Positions 19,989-30,116 of a DNA stretch of 64,000 nucleotides are shown here, piece after piece. The stretch is taken from the NCBI GenBank assembly GCA_965368975.1, contig CBDUPA010000001.1, positions 800,001 through 864,000 of the forward strand, read 5' to 3'. The position numbers were made by a program, and so were the translations under genes. The notes under the pieces are model-generated. The model had not been told where the DNA came from. It was given only the letters and a program-made list of their open reading frames with translations, and did not search any database. This DNA comes from an uncultured bacterium. Its GTDB lineage: Bacteria > Acidobacteriota > Thermoanaerobaculia > Multivoradales > JAHZIX01. Each line of letters begins with the position of its first letter. The first letter of the stretch is position 1.

Positions 19989-22453
19989 GTGCTGCCGTCG
20001 CCGCGGAGTCCGCTGTATCTGGAGAGAAGCGGGGTCCTGGTACCTCTAGGGGCAAGGCGGTCGCGTCCGGGGTTGGTCAGGCACGTTCGTGGCTACTGCT
20101 CGACGCCGAGGGAGCGCTCTGTGGCCTGCCGGTGGAGCGCATCACTGAAGTGCTGTCCGACGAGATCATGCGGGCACCGGATGCTGGTGCACCTGCGGAG
20201 GTCTGCGGCGTCGTCGAGATGCACCATCGGCGGGTACCGGTGATCGACTTGGGACGACGTCTGGGCGTCCCACTCGAGCATTCGGGCCGCGTGTTGGTCG
20301 TCGAATCGCAAGGCCGCCAGCTCGGCTTGCGGGTAGGCAGGGTATTGCAGATGGTGTCGCTACCAGCGGAGGTGTTGCAGAGCTTGCCGCCGCTGGCGCG
20401 CACACCGGCGAATGAATTCGTGGCCGGAGTAGCGCCGGCCGACAACGACGGATGGCTGTTATTGCTGGATATCGACGGGCTGTTTCGTATTCGGGAACAG
20501 CTGTTCGACGTGCGAGAGAAAGGCTTGGGAGCTATGGCGAATCAAGAGGAAGCGGATCAGGTCCAAGAGCCGAGCTGGCAGGAATGCATCGAATTGCTCG
20601 ATCATTTGCCAAGCATGGATTTGGAGGAGCGCGTGCGCTCGCTGGAACGCCTGGTGCGCAACTCCAGTCCGGGGATCCGCAGCCGGGCGCTGCGCATGGG
20701 CGCGGCGGTGCTGGCAGATGAGACCTTGGTCACGTACCTGCGCAACGATGCTGATGGCGTGTTGCGCAACGCCGGTCTGGAAATGCTCAAGATGCGCGGC
20801 AATCGCGGCTTCTCGCTGTCGGTCGAGCTGCTGCGTGATCCCGACCCCGACGTCGCGTTGCAGGCCGTGCTGGTGCTGGATCACCTCAAGGATCCACGCG
20901 CTCTAGAACCGCTGCGCGGGCAACTGCGCCACGAAGATCCGAACATCGTGCAGGCCGTGATCACCGCCATCGGTCACCTCGGTGACGCACGCACCATCCC
21001 CGATCTGCTGCCCTTCTTGGAGAGTGATCCGTGGCTGCAGGCGGCGGCGATCGAAGCCTTGGGTGACGTCCGCTCTCCGGTTGCCGTCGAGCATCTCGAC
21101 GGCATCCTGAGCGACATGATGATGGGGCCGCTGGCAGCCGAGGCGCTGGCTCGCATCGGTGGTGTCAAGGCCTACCGCTCGCTCGGTCGCTACTGGCTGG
21201 ACAATACCGACGAGGTGGATGAAGAGACCGTTGTCGGCCTGCTGGCCCACGTGCTCGAAGGCCTGCCGCGTTTCCCGCAGTTGCTCGACGGCCTTGGCCC
21301 GGCGCTCAGCAAGCTACTGCACGGCGAGGACACGTCCCTGCGGGCGTCGGCAGCACGTGCGCTGCTGGCCCTGGGACCGTCCGACGAGGACACGCCAGCA
21401 CTGTCGACGCTGGTCGAGATCCAGCAGGAAGCGACCTTGCTTCCGGCGTGCCTGTCGGAGCGACAGGACTTGATCGCGCAGCTGCTGGCGGCCGAGGATC
21501 GGCGGCGGGCGTGGGGGCTGCTGCTGTGTGCCCGCTTCCCCAAGGCAGTGCCGATCGACGCTCTGGTGACTGCGCTCGGAGCCCCGCTGAGCGAGGACTG
21601 GCTGGATCTGACCGCGGTCACGCTGTCCAAGTTGCGCGCCCGGCGCGTGGCGGAGGCACTGCTCGATCTCTACCTGCAGTTGCCACCGGCTCACCGGCCG
21701 CAGCTGGCGCCAGCGCTGACCGTGCACAAGAGTTCGCTGCGCCAGCTGATGGAGGAGCGTGAGCTGGGGGTGGCCATACGATTGGTCCTCGACTCCACTC
21801 TCGGTGAAACCAGTGACAGCCTGGAGGCGGAGTTGGAGGCGCTGAGCGACGAAGAGCGTCTGGGAGTCCTGTCGCAGCTCGGTGAACGCGAGACGGTGCT
21901 GCGGCAGCTGCCCTGGCAGCGTTGGCTCGAAGCGCGTCCCGAGTTCTACGGACCTCTGGCTGCCGAAGCGGCGTTGGCATCCGGCTTGCGCGCGCTGTTG
22001 CCGTCGCTACGTCGCGTTCTGGAACTGACGCCGAGCCCAGAGCTGGTGCGCGCGATGGGGGAACTGGGCGACCGTGAAAGCGTGCCGCTGTTGGTGGACC
22101 TCCTCGGGCGCGGCGACAGCGACTACGAGCCGGTTTTGCTCGAGAGCCTGGGGCGTATCGGTGGTCCCGAGGTGCGGGCAACCCTGCGCGAGGTCGCCGA
22201 GAGCGATGACGATTCCCGCTCGCGCATCGCCTACAAGTCGTTGTCACTGTGCGCTGTGGAAGACGACGATGCCTTCTTCCGCGCTGCTGTCGACCACGAG
22301 GATTGGTACGTGCGGCTGGCCTGCGCCGAGGTGCTCGGGCGCTTCCACCGCCCTGAGAACCTGGCAGTCCTGGCCCAGCTTGCGGCCGACCCGGTGCCGA
22401 TTGTGGCGCAGCGGGCGATGGCGGTTCTCGATCCGGAGGCCGGAGGCAAGTGA
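19985..22453 (+). CDS. CheW domain fused to a HEAT-repeat protein
   Basis: N-terminal CheW (VCGVVEM...VPVIDL, LLLLDID); from residue 184 HEAT/PBS-lyase-like repeats (ALEPL, AIGHLGD, EALGD, ESLGRIGG). Confidence 0.8.
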   Translation: MSAAVAAESAVSGEKRGPGTSRGKAVASGVGQARSWLLLDAEGALCGLPVERITEVLSDEIMRAPDAGAPAEVCGVVEMHHRRVPVIDLGRRLGVPLEHSGRVLVVESQGRQLGLRVGRVLQMVSLPAEVLQSLPPLARTPANEFVAGVAPADNDGWLLLLDIDGLFRIREQLFDVREKGLGAMANQEEADQVQEPSWQECIELLDHLPSMDLEERVRSLERLVRNSSPGIRSRALRMGAAVLADETLVTYLRNDADGVLRNAGLEMLKMRGNRGFSLSVELLRDPDPDVALQAVLVLDHLKDPRALEPLRGQLRHEDPNIVQAVITAIGHLGDARTIPDLLPFLESDPWLQAAAIEALGDVRSPVAVEHLDGILSDMMMGPLAAEALARIGGVKAYRSLGRYWLDNTDEVDEETVVGLLAHVLEGLPRFPQLLDGLGPALSKLLHGEDTSLRASAARALLALGPSDEDTPALSTLVEIQQEATLLPACLSERQDLIAQLLAAEDRRRAWGLLLCARFPKAVPIDALVTALGAPLSEDWLDLTAVTLSKLRARRVAEALLDLYLQLPPAHRPQLAPALTVHKSSLRQLMEERELGVAIRLVLDSTLGETSDSLEAELEALSDEERLGVLSQLGERETVLRQLPWQRWLEARPEFYGPLAAEAALASGLRALLPSLRRVLELTPSPELVRAMGELGDRESVPLLVDLLGRGDSDYEPVLLESLGRIGGPEVRATLREVAESDDDSRSRIAYKSLSLCAVEDDDAFFRAAVDHEDWYVRLACAEVLGRFHRPENLAVLAQLAADPVPIVAQRAMAVLDPEAGGK

Positions 22454-22510
22454 GGTATTCCCTTGAGTATGGGCCCCAGGAGACATCTCGGTGAGATGTA
22501 CCAGTGAGGT

Positions 22511-23368
22511 GTGCACGTGAGGTATGACATCGCGGAGCTCACTCGTGAAGAGCAAGCGCTGATCAACGAAGTGATCTCGGCGGAGTTCGGCCTGCATTTT
22601 CCCGAGGGCAAGGCGCAGATCTTGGCGTCGCGTCTGGAGCCCCGGCTGCGTGAGCTACGCCTCAAGCGGTTCCTCGACTACTACCTCAAGTTGCAGTATT
22701 CGCTGCACCTGGAGCGCGAACACTTGGTGCGACTGCTGACCAACAACGAGACCTACTTCTTTCGCGAGAAGGCGCAGTTCGAAGCCCTCTTTGGCCCGGC
22801 GATGCCCGAGCTGGTGGCCGGCTGCATCATTCCCGGCAAGTTGCGCATTCTGTCGTCCGGCTGCTCGTCCGGCGAGGAGCCGCACACCATCAACATTTAT
22901 GCGCGTGAGAACCGCTTCCAACTGCCCAAGGTGCAGGTGTCGGTGGATGCCTTCGACTTGGACGAAGAGCGCCTGGCGATCGCACGCTCGGCCGAGTACC
23001 CCCAGCGCTCCCTACGGGCGATGGAAGCCGATCGCATTGGCCGCTACTTCAGGACCGAAGACGAGAAGGCGTTCCTACTCAAAGAGCCGTACCGTGAGGG
23101 AGTGCGCTTTCGTAGCGGCAACATCATGGATCCCGCGGCGTTCATCGGGCCGGGGTATTATGATGTGATCTTCTGTCGGAACGTGATGATCTACTTCTCT
23201 GAACCGGCGGTGCGACGGGCTATCGACAACTTCGCCAACGCCTTGCGTCCCGGGGGCTTGTTGTTCCTGGGACACTCCGAGTCGATCATCGGCATGTCGC
23301 CGCGGCTCAAGACCGTACGCCTCGGCAATTGCATCGCCTACCGGAGAGTCGAACCGACCGAGGCCTGA
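22511..23368 (+). CDS. cheR: Chemotaxis protein-glutamate methyltransferase
   Basis: TNNETYFFRE, SGCSSGEEP, DVIFCRNVMIYF, LFLGHSE. Confidence 0.94.
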   Translation: MHVRYDIAELTREEQALINEVISAEFGLHFPEGKAQILASRLEPRLRELRLKRFLDYYLKLQYSLHLEREHLVRLLTNNETYFFREKAQFEALFGPAMPELVAGCIIPGKLRILSSGCSSGEEPHTINIYARENRFQLPKVQVSVDAFDLDEERLAIARSAEYPQRSLRAMEADRIGRYFRTEDEKAFLLKEPYREGVRFRSGNIMDPAAFIGPGYYDVIFCRNVMIYFSEPAVRRAIDNFANALRPGGLLFLGHSESIIGMSPRLKTVRLGNCIAYRRVEPTEA

Positions 23369-23393
23369 GCTGCCGGTCGCGCGTGGAATCATC

Positions 23394-24602
23394 TTGAGTA
23401 AGCAACGCCCCCTACCCCCGTCTTCCTCCCGTGCCGCCGGTGGTGGTTCGCCCGGCAAGAAAGCCGGCCGCCGCGGTTCGCCGCTGCGGGTGGCCGTGGT
23501 CGACGACTCGAGTTTCGTGCGGCGCGCCATCGCGCGCATGCTCGGGGACGATCCTCGTCTCGAAATCGTTGGGCAGGCCTCCTCGGGCGAAGAACTGCTG
23601 GCGCAGCTGGAACACTGGCAGCCGGACGTCATCACCCTCGACCTCTCGATGCCGGGTATGGGGGGGCTGCAGACGCTCGATCGCATCATGTCGCAGCGCC
23701 CGACGCCGGTCATCATCCTGTCGACGCACTCCGCCAAGGACGCGCCGTTGACCATCGAGGCGCTGCACCGCGGTGCCATGGATTTCATCGACAAGCAGCG
23801 TTACTCGCTGGTCGACTTCGAGTCGCTGCGCGCCGTCATCACGGAGAAGATTCTGGAGGTCACCGAGGGAACGGTACCCCTGACCGACAAGACACTGACC
23901 GAGAAGTCGCTGCTCCAAGACGTGTCGACGCCCGAGCCGGTGCCCGAAGAAGCCGCCGTACAAGGTGACCCCAAAGAGCTGTGTTCCAAGTACTTCGATC
24001 TTCTGTTGGTGGGAGCCTCTACCGGCGGTCCGCCGACGATCCAGCGCCTGCTGCAAGATCTCGGCCCCGAAGTGCCTGTGCCCGTGGCGATCGTGCAACA
24101 CATGCCGCAGGGGTTCACCAAGGCCTTCGCCGAGCGGCTCAATGCCGTGTTGCCGCTGCAGGTGCACGAGGCGATCGACGGTGAACCGTTGTTGCCGGCC
24201 CACGTGTATATCGCGCCGGCCGGCCTGCACTTGCGCTTTTCGACCAGCGATGACCGCTACCTGGTGTCGTTGGAAGCAGAACCCGCGGACGTCACGCACC
24301 GACCTTCTGTCGACGTGCTCTACGAAGCCGCCGCCAAGACCGTTGGTTCGCGCGTGTTGGCCGTGTTGATGACCGGGATGGGCAGTGACGGCGCCGTGGG
24401 CATGATGCGATTGCGCCACAAAGGAGCCTATACGGTGGTGCAGGATCAGGACAGCTGCGTCGTCTACGGCATGCCGCGTGCAGCCGTGAAGCTGCAGGCA
24501 GCACGCGAGGAGGTGGCCATGGAGGGCATGGGCAAGCGCCTGCTGGAGATCCTGCACAAGGGACCGGAAACGGGTACCCGACGTGTGCCCAAGCTTGTCT
24601 GA
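23394..24602 (+). CDS. cheB: Chemotaxis response regulator protein-glutamate methylesterase
   Basis: Receiver domain (VVDDS, TLDLSMP) plus esterase triad GASTGGP, VQHMP, TGMGSDG; start uncertain. Confidence 0.95.
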   Translation: MSKQRPLPPSSSRAAGGGSPGKKAGRRGSPLRVAVVDDSSFVRRAIARMLGDDPRLEIVGQASSGEELLAQLEHWQPDVITLDLSMPGMGGLQTLDRIMSQRPTPVIILSTHSAKDAPLTIEALHRGAMDFIDKQRYSLVDFESLRAVITEKILEVTEGTVPLTDKTLTEKSLLQDVSTPEPVPEEAAVQGDPKELCSKYFDLLLVGASTGGPPTIQRLLQDLGPEVPVPVAIVQHMPQGFTKAFAERLNAVLPLQVHEAIDGEPLLPAHVYIAPAGLHLRFSTSDDRYLVSLEAEPADVTHRPSVDVLYEAAAKTVGSRVLAVLMTGMGSDGAVGMMRLRHKGAYTVVQDQDSCVVYGMPRAAVKLQAAREEVAMEGMGKRLLEILHKGPETGTRRVPKLV

Positions 24603-24693
24603 GGGTCCTGACGCAACGAACGAGATTGAACGAGTCCCAGCCGCCGAACTGCAATTTCATGGCAGACAACTACGAAGAAACGGAAGCCAGCGC

Positions 24694-25431
24694 ATGAGCG
24701 AAAAGCGCAAGCCCAGCACCTCGACCCGCAAACGCGGCAGCAAGGCGTCGCCGTCGAGCAAGTCCTCGACAGCGAAAGCGGCAGCCAGCAAGAAGACGGC
24801 CGATACCGCCGCACAGGCGGCTGCTGCCGAATCGGAAGTCGAGACCTCGACCCCGACCGCTTCGGCGAAAGCAAGTGCGCCCGACGATGTTGCCGGGGCG
24901 ACCTCGGACATCTACGGCTATGCGGATCTCTTGCAGGCCGACCAGGAAGCGGCCGAAGACGAGGAGCGCCGCCAGGAGCGCGAGGAGAGTTGGGTCAGCT
25001 TCCGACTGGCGGAACAGAACTGCGCGCTGCCGGTCGACCAAGTGCAGGAAGTGCTGCGCGTCGGCTCCATCACCCGCGTGCCGCACGCTCCGTCCGCTGT
25101 TCGTGGCGTCACCAATCTGCGCGGCCGCGTCCTGCCGGTGGTCGACTTGCGTCGGCGGCTGGGGCTGCGCGAAACCGAACTCGACGAGCACAGCCGCGTG
25201 CTCGTGGCGGCGTTCAAGAACCGCCCGGTCGGCATGCTGGTCGATGGCGTGCATCAGATGGTCGCGATTCTGCCGAGCACGATCCAGGATACTCCGGAAG
25301 AAGCCGTCCAGCTGCAGGACGAAGTGGTCCACGGGGTCTGCAGCACTCAGGATCGAGGCTTGCTGCTGCTCCTCGACCTGCAGCGCCTCTTGACCCTGTC
25401 CACGGAAACCGCTGACCTCGGGACCCACTGA
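24694..25431 (+). CDS. cheW: Chemotaxis adaptor CheW with low-complexity N-terminal extension
   Basis: VQEV, ITRVPHAP, GVTNLRGRVLPVVDLR, GMLVDGV, LLLLDL; N-terminal ~90 aa rich in Lys/Ser/Ala then acidic. Confidence 0.9.
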   Translation: MSEKRKPSTSTRKRGSKASPSSKSSTAKAAASKKTADTAAQAAAAESEVETSTPTASAKASAPDDVAGATSDIYGYADLLQADQEAAEDEERRQEREESWVSFRLAEQNCALPVDQVQEVLRVGSITRVPHAPSAVRGVTNLRGRVLPVVDLRRRLGLRETELDEHSRVLVAAFKNRPVGMLVDGVHQMVAILPSTIQDTPEEAVQLQDEVVHGVCSTQDRGLLLLLDLQRLLTLSTETADLGTH

Positions 25432-25527
25432 GAAGGTCCTGGAAATGAGCTCTCCATGCGACTCAGAAGCCCCATGAGCCCTGGATACCCCAGTGGTTCC
25501 GGAAGCACAGCTCCAGTAGGATGAACC

Positions 25528-27483
25528 ATGTCTGAACAGCCCACGTTTGAACAACGAACTCCAGTCCTGTCCAAGGACTCGTCGCTGGAGCCCAGCTGGC
25601 AAGAGTGTGTCGAGCTGCTCGAACAGCTGCCGTCGATGCCGCTGTCTGATCGGCTGACTGCGATCGAACGCCTGCTGCGCAACTCCAGTCCCGGCATCCG
25701 TGGTCGCGCCCTGCGTATGGGGTCGGCCTTGCTGCCGGAGTCGACGCTGGTGACCTACCTGCGCAACGATGCCGATGGTGTCTTGCGCAACGCTGGCCTC
25801 GAGATGCTCAAGATGCGCGGGCTGCAGTCCTTCTCGTTGTCGGTGTCGCTGCTGCGCGATCCGGATTACGATGTGGCCCTGCAGGCCGTCTTGCTGCTCG
25901 ACCATTTCAAGGACCCGCGTGCCTTGGAGTCGCTGCGCGCTCAGCTACGGCACGAAGACCCGAACGTGGTGCAGGCTGCGATCATGGCCATCGGTCACCT
26001 CGGCGACGCGCGGGCCATCCCCGATCTCCTACCCTTCCTGGAAGCCGAGACGTGGGTGCAAGCGGCCTCGGTCGAAGCGCTCGGCGACATCCGTTCGCCG
26101 GTCGCCGTGGTGCCACTGTCGCGTCTGCTCACCGACCTCATGGTGGGGCCGCTGGCGGCGGAGGCACTGGCCCGCATCGGTGGCGCGCGTGCCTTCCGCA
26201 GCCTGGCGACCCACTGGTTGCGTTTCGAGAAGGAACTCGACACCGAAACCTCGCTCGGCTTGCTGGCTCACGTACTCGAAGGTCTACCGCGCTTCCCGGC
26301 GCCCGTCGACGGGCTGCGTGCGTCGTTGGCGCACCACTTGGAGCACGAACAGCCGCGCATTCAGCTCGCTGCTGCTCGCTGTCTCCTGTCGCTCGGCCCA
26401 GGTTCCGAAGATTACGAGGCTCTGGACCTGGTGGCGCAGGCACGCCAGGACTCGACCTTGTTGCCGGCTTGCCTGACCGAGCGTCGCGACCTCATCGGAC
26501 GGTTGCTGGAGAGTGATCCGCCGATGCGCGATTGGGGCTTCCAGTTGACCTCGCGGTTTCCACGCTCGGCGCCAATCGAGCAGGTACTCGAAGCTCTCAG
26601 TGGCCTGGCGCCGACTGATACCCTGCACTCCGTGATCCGCGCGCTGCAGAAAGTACGCGGTACCGATCTGGCCGAAGGCTTGCTCGACTTCTATCTCACG
26701 CTGCCGGCCGAACGACGTCCGCTCCTGGTACCCGTCTTGGTGGCGCACAAGTCGCGCATGAGGCGGGCTCTCAAGTCGCGTCCAGACGTCAGTGAGCAGG
26801 CGGAGCTGGTCCTGTCCGCGCAGCTCGGGGAAGATACGGATGTCGTGATCGAACGCATCGAAGCGCTCGACGACGACGGACGCGTCCGCGTCCTGACGCA
26901 GCTGTTGGATCGCGAGGCCGTGCTGCGCCGCTTGCCCTGGAGCCGCTGGTTGCACGAACGACCCGAGGTCTATCGCGAGCTCGCGGCCCACGTGGCTGTC
27001 GAGGCCAATCTGGTCGAGTTGTTGCCCACGCTGCGCGATCAGCTGCAGCGCTCACCGAGCCCGGATCTCGTACGTGCCATGGGGGATCTCGAGGATCGGC
27101 AGAGCGTCGACCTGCTGGTCGACCTGTTGGAGAACGCCGACAGCGAGATCTACGAGCCCGTGGTCATGGAGAGCCTGGGCCGCATCGGTGGCCCCGAGGC
27201 TCGTGGAGCCTTGCGCCGGGCCGTCGAGCGCTGCGACGAAGAGGGGCCGCGAGCGCGCATGGCCTATCGTGCGTTGTCCAAGTGTGCCGAAGAAGAGGAC
27301 GAGCAGGTCTTCCGCCAAGCCGTCGGTCATGCGGACTGGAATGTACGGCTCTCCTGTGCCGAGGTCATGGGGCGCTTCCCGCGGCCGGAGAACCTCTCGG
27401 CGCTGGCCCAGCTGGCCGCCGACCCAATCCCGATCGTGGCGCACCGGGCCATGTCCTTCATCGAGCCGCACCATTCGCCTTGA
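25528..27483 (+). CDS. HEAT-repeat protein, paralog of the C-terminal part of 19985-22453
   Basis: Shares long blocks such as EPSWQEC.ELL, RNSSPGIR.RALRMG, TLVTYLRNDADGVLRNAGLEMLKMRG, LAQLAADP.PIVA.RAM. Confidence 0.85.
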   Translation: MSEQPTFEQRTPVLSKDSSLEPSWQECVELLEQLPSMPLSDRLTAIERLLRNSSPGIRGRALRMGSALLPESTLVTYLRNDADGVLRNAGLEMLKMRGLQSFSLSVSLLRDPDYDVALQAVLLLDHFKDPRALESLRAQLRHEDPNVVQAAIMAIGHLGDARAIPDLLPFLEAETWVQAASVEALGDIRSPVAVVPLSRLLTDLMVGPLAAEALARIGGARAFRSLATHWLRFEKELDTETSLGLLAHVLEGLPRFPAPVDGLRASLAHHLEHEQPRIQLAAARCLLSLGPGSEDYEALDLVAQARQDSTLLPACLTERRDLIGRLLESDPPMRDWGFQLTSRFPRSAPIEQVLEALSGLAPTDTLHSVIRALQKVRGTDLAEGLLDFYLTLPAERRPLLVPVLVAHKSRMRRALKSRPDVSEQAELVLSAQLGEDTDVVIERIEALDDDGRVRVLTQLLDREAVLRRLPWSRWLHERPEVYRELAAHVAVEANLVELLPTLRDQLQRSPSPDLVRAMGDLEDRQSVDLLVDLLENADSEIYEPVVMESLGRIGGPEARGALRRAVERCDEEGPRARMAYRALSKCAEEEDEQVFRQAVGHADWNVRLSCAEVMGRFPRPENLSALAQLAADPIPIVAHRAMSFIEPHHSP

Positions 27484-27621
27484 GCCCGCTGATCGCGCGC
27501 TGCCGCGGTCGCCGGCATCCTGATAGCATGCGGGCGTTGCGTTGACATTTCTGTGCTGATCAGCCGAGCCGGAAGCAGCTCTCGATCCGGGAGGGGCGGG
27601 CTCGAAGGAGGAGAAGATCCC

Positions 27622-30084
27622 ATGTCCGATACCCCGTCCGCAGAAGCATCCCCTGGCGCCTCGCAGGCATCCGCGTCGCCTGCCGCCGTCGCCAAGGGCC
27701 AGCGACTGGCCATGGCTCTGGTCGCCTTGCTCGTCGTCCTGTTGGTGGCGTATTCCGGCCTCGGCCTGATGGACGCCGCCCAGCCCGTGCCGGCTGACGC
27801 CCCAGAAGGCGCCTTTTCCGCCGAGCGAGCTCTGACCCATGTTCGCGCCCTGGGCACCGAGCCGCGACCGCTCGGTACCGCCGCCCACGCGCGAGCCGCC
27901 GACTATCTGCAAGACCACCTGCGGCAGCTGGGTGTCGAGCCGCAAGTGCAGGAAACAACCCTGCTGGCGGCCCTGCCTTACCGTTTGCCCATGGCCGCCA
28001 GCGTGCGCAATGTCCTGGCTCGGTTGCCGGGCAGCGTGCCGGGCGGGCCGGCGATCCTGGCCGTAGCGCACTATGATTCGGTGCACATGGCGCCCGGTGC
28101 CGCCGACGACCTGGCCGGGGTCGCAGCCATGCTCGAGACCTTGCGTGCCTTGCAGAGCGGTGATCCTCTCAGCCACGACATCATCTTCCTGTTCAGCGAC
28201 GCTGAAGAAGTTGGCTTGCTCGGCGCACGGGCCTTCGTCGACCAGCACCCCTGGGCTGAGGACGTCAGAGTCATTCTCAACTTCGAGGCGCGTGGCACCA
28301 GCGGCGCCTCGGTCATGTTCCGCACCAACGATGGCAATGGCTGGATCGTCCGGCAGATGGCTGCGGCAGCTGCGCCGGTGGCCAGCTCGCTATCCCACGA
28401 CGTCTTCAAGTTGATGCCCAATGACACCGACTTCTCGCAGCTGCGACGTCTCGATGCGGTGGGTATGGATTTCGCGTTCATCCGCGGCTTGCCGCACTAC
28501 CACACCGCGCTCGACAACCTCGATAACCTGGACGCCGGCAGCGTGCAGCAGCACGGCGATGCCCTGCTGTCGATGTTGCGCCGCCTCAACGGCCAGTCTC
28601 TCGATCCCTTGCCCGCCAGCGGCGATGTGTCGTACTTCAACTTCCCGGGACTGGGCCTGGTCGTGTACTCGGTCGGCCTGGTGTTGCCATTCGCCGTCCT
28701 GCTCCTCGTCGCCTGGAGCCTCGTCCTCGTCATGGCCAGGCGCCGTGGCCGGGTCCGGGTCAAAGCTGTCCTGGGCGGTGCTCTTGGCTTCTTGCTCAGC
28801 GTGGTCGTCTCGGTCGTCGTGCTGGTCGTCGTGATGCAACAGTTCCTGCGTCTGGACGCCCGCTTCGCCTGGATGAACAATGGCGTTTCCTACGACGGGG
28901 AAGCCTACATCTGGGGCTTGATCGCTCTCGGGTTGGCGGTCATCGGTTCTCTCACCTTGGGCCTGATGCGCATGGTCGGTGCTCTGGCCGCCAGCCTCGG
29001 TGCTCTGCTGGTGTGGACGATCTGCGCACTGCTGACGTCCATTCTGTTGCCCGGCGCCAGTTACCTCTTCCTGTGGCCGGCCTTCGCCGTGCTCATCGGT
29101 ATCGCGCTGATGCTGCGCTGGCCTGAAGGACCCAGCTGGCGCAACACAGGCGTCATCATCGTGGCTCTGTGCCCAGCGATGCTGATTGTGCCGACCATCG
29201 CCTTCATGATCATGGAAGGCCTCGGTCTGCCGTTGGTGCCTATGCTGTGCCTGCTGATCCTGCTGCTCGCTGGCCTCGCCGTCCAGTTGCTCGACCTGTT
29301 CCCGCCGAAGCTAGTGTGGGCGTTGCCCGCTCTCGCCCTGGTCCTAGGCCTTGTGCAGCTGATCCCCAACATCGGTAAGGGCTTCAGCGCCGAAGAGCCG
29401 CGTCCCAACATGCTGCTCTATGCCCTTGACGCCGATGCCGGCAACGCTCGCTGGGCCAGTCTAGATCCGGCCGTCAGCGAGTGGAACGAGCCCTACCTCG
29501 GCCAACCCGAGGGACGGCAGCAACTCACCGACATGCTGCCCTTCCTGTTCGAGTTCATGCAGGCCGAGGCCCCTGTCTTAGATCTGCAACCGCCGCAGGC
29601 CCGTCTGCTGCTCGCTGATGAAGACCAGGAGGAAGGTGCCACGGAGACGGAAGCTGAGGCCGCGGACACGGAGCCCACAGACGTCGACGCGATCGAAGGC
29701 GAGGTGACCGAGCCAGCTACCGACGAGCACATCGTGCGGGCCGAACTGGTCTCTCCGCGCGGTGGCAGCCGGTACTTCATCGGCTTTGAGAGCCTGGCCC
29801 AGGTCGTCGCCGTGCGCATCGGGGAGCAGCGCTTCGAGTTCCCGTCACCGCGTGGTGGTGGGGGAGACTTCAGCTGGTTGATGGAGGCCTTCGGCACACT
29901 GTCCGAGCCGTTGGTCCTCGAGCTGGAACTCACCGACCGCCATCCCGTCGACCTGGTCGTCGTCGATCTCAGCTACGGACTGCCCGAGGAAGTTGCCACC
30001 CGTCCCGCGGACACCATGCCGCGGCCGCACCTGCCGTTCATCGACACCACCCTGGTGCGGGCGCGCTACTTGTTGGCGCCCTGA
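27622..30084 (+). CDS. M28 family membrane metallopeptidase (ERMP1/Pff1-like architecture)
   Basis: AHYDS, PGAADD, DAEEVGLLGA, NFEARG, PNDTDF, HYHT motifs, followed by many transmembrane helices; GGAG RBS before ATG 27622. Confidence 0.9.
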   Translation: MSDTPSAEASPGASQASASPAAVAKGQRLAMALVALLVVLLVAYSGLGLMDAAQPVPADAPEGAFSAERALTHVRALGTEPRPLGTAAHARAADYLQDHLRQLGVEPQVQETTLLAALPYRLPMAASVRNVLARLPGSVPGGPAILAVAHYDSVHMAPGAADDLAGVAAMLETLRALQSGDPLSHDIIFLFSDAEEVGLLGARAFVDQHPWAEDVRVILNFEARGTSGASVMFRTNDGNGWIVRQMAAAAAPVASSLSHDVFKLMPNDTDFSQLRRLDAVGMDFAFIRGLPHYHTALDNLDNLDAGSVQQHGDALLSMLRRLNGQSLDPLPASGDVSYFNFPGLGLVVYSVGLVLPFAVLLLVAWSLVLVMARRRGRVRVKAVLGGALGFLLSVVVSVVVLVVVMQQFLRLDARFAWMNNGVSYDGEAYIWGLIALGLAVIGSLTLGLMRMVGALAASLGALLVWTICALLTSILLPGASYLFLWPAFAVLIGIALMLRWPEGPSWRNTGVIIVALCPAMLIVPTIAFMIMEGLGLPLVPMLCLLILLLAGLAVQLLDLFPPKLVWALPALALVLGLVQLIPNIGKGFSAEEPRPNMLLYALDADAGNARWASLDPAVSEWNEPYLGQPEGRQQLTDMLPFLFEFMQAEAPVLDLQPPQARLLLADEDQEEGATETEAEAADTEPTDVDAIEGEVTEPATDEHIVRAELVSPRGGSRYFIGFESLAQVVAVRIGEQRFEFPSPRGGGGDFSWLMEAFGTLSEPLVLELELTDRHPVDLVVVDLSYGLPEEVATRPADTMPRPHLPFIDTTLVRARYLLAP

Positions 30085-30116
30085 AGCGGGCGCCTGAGTC
30101 GGGGTAGCCCGGGACC

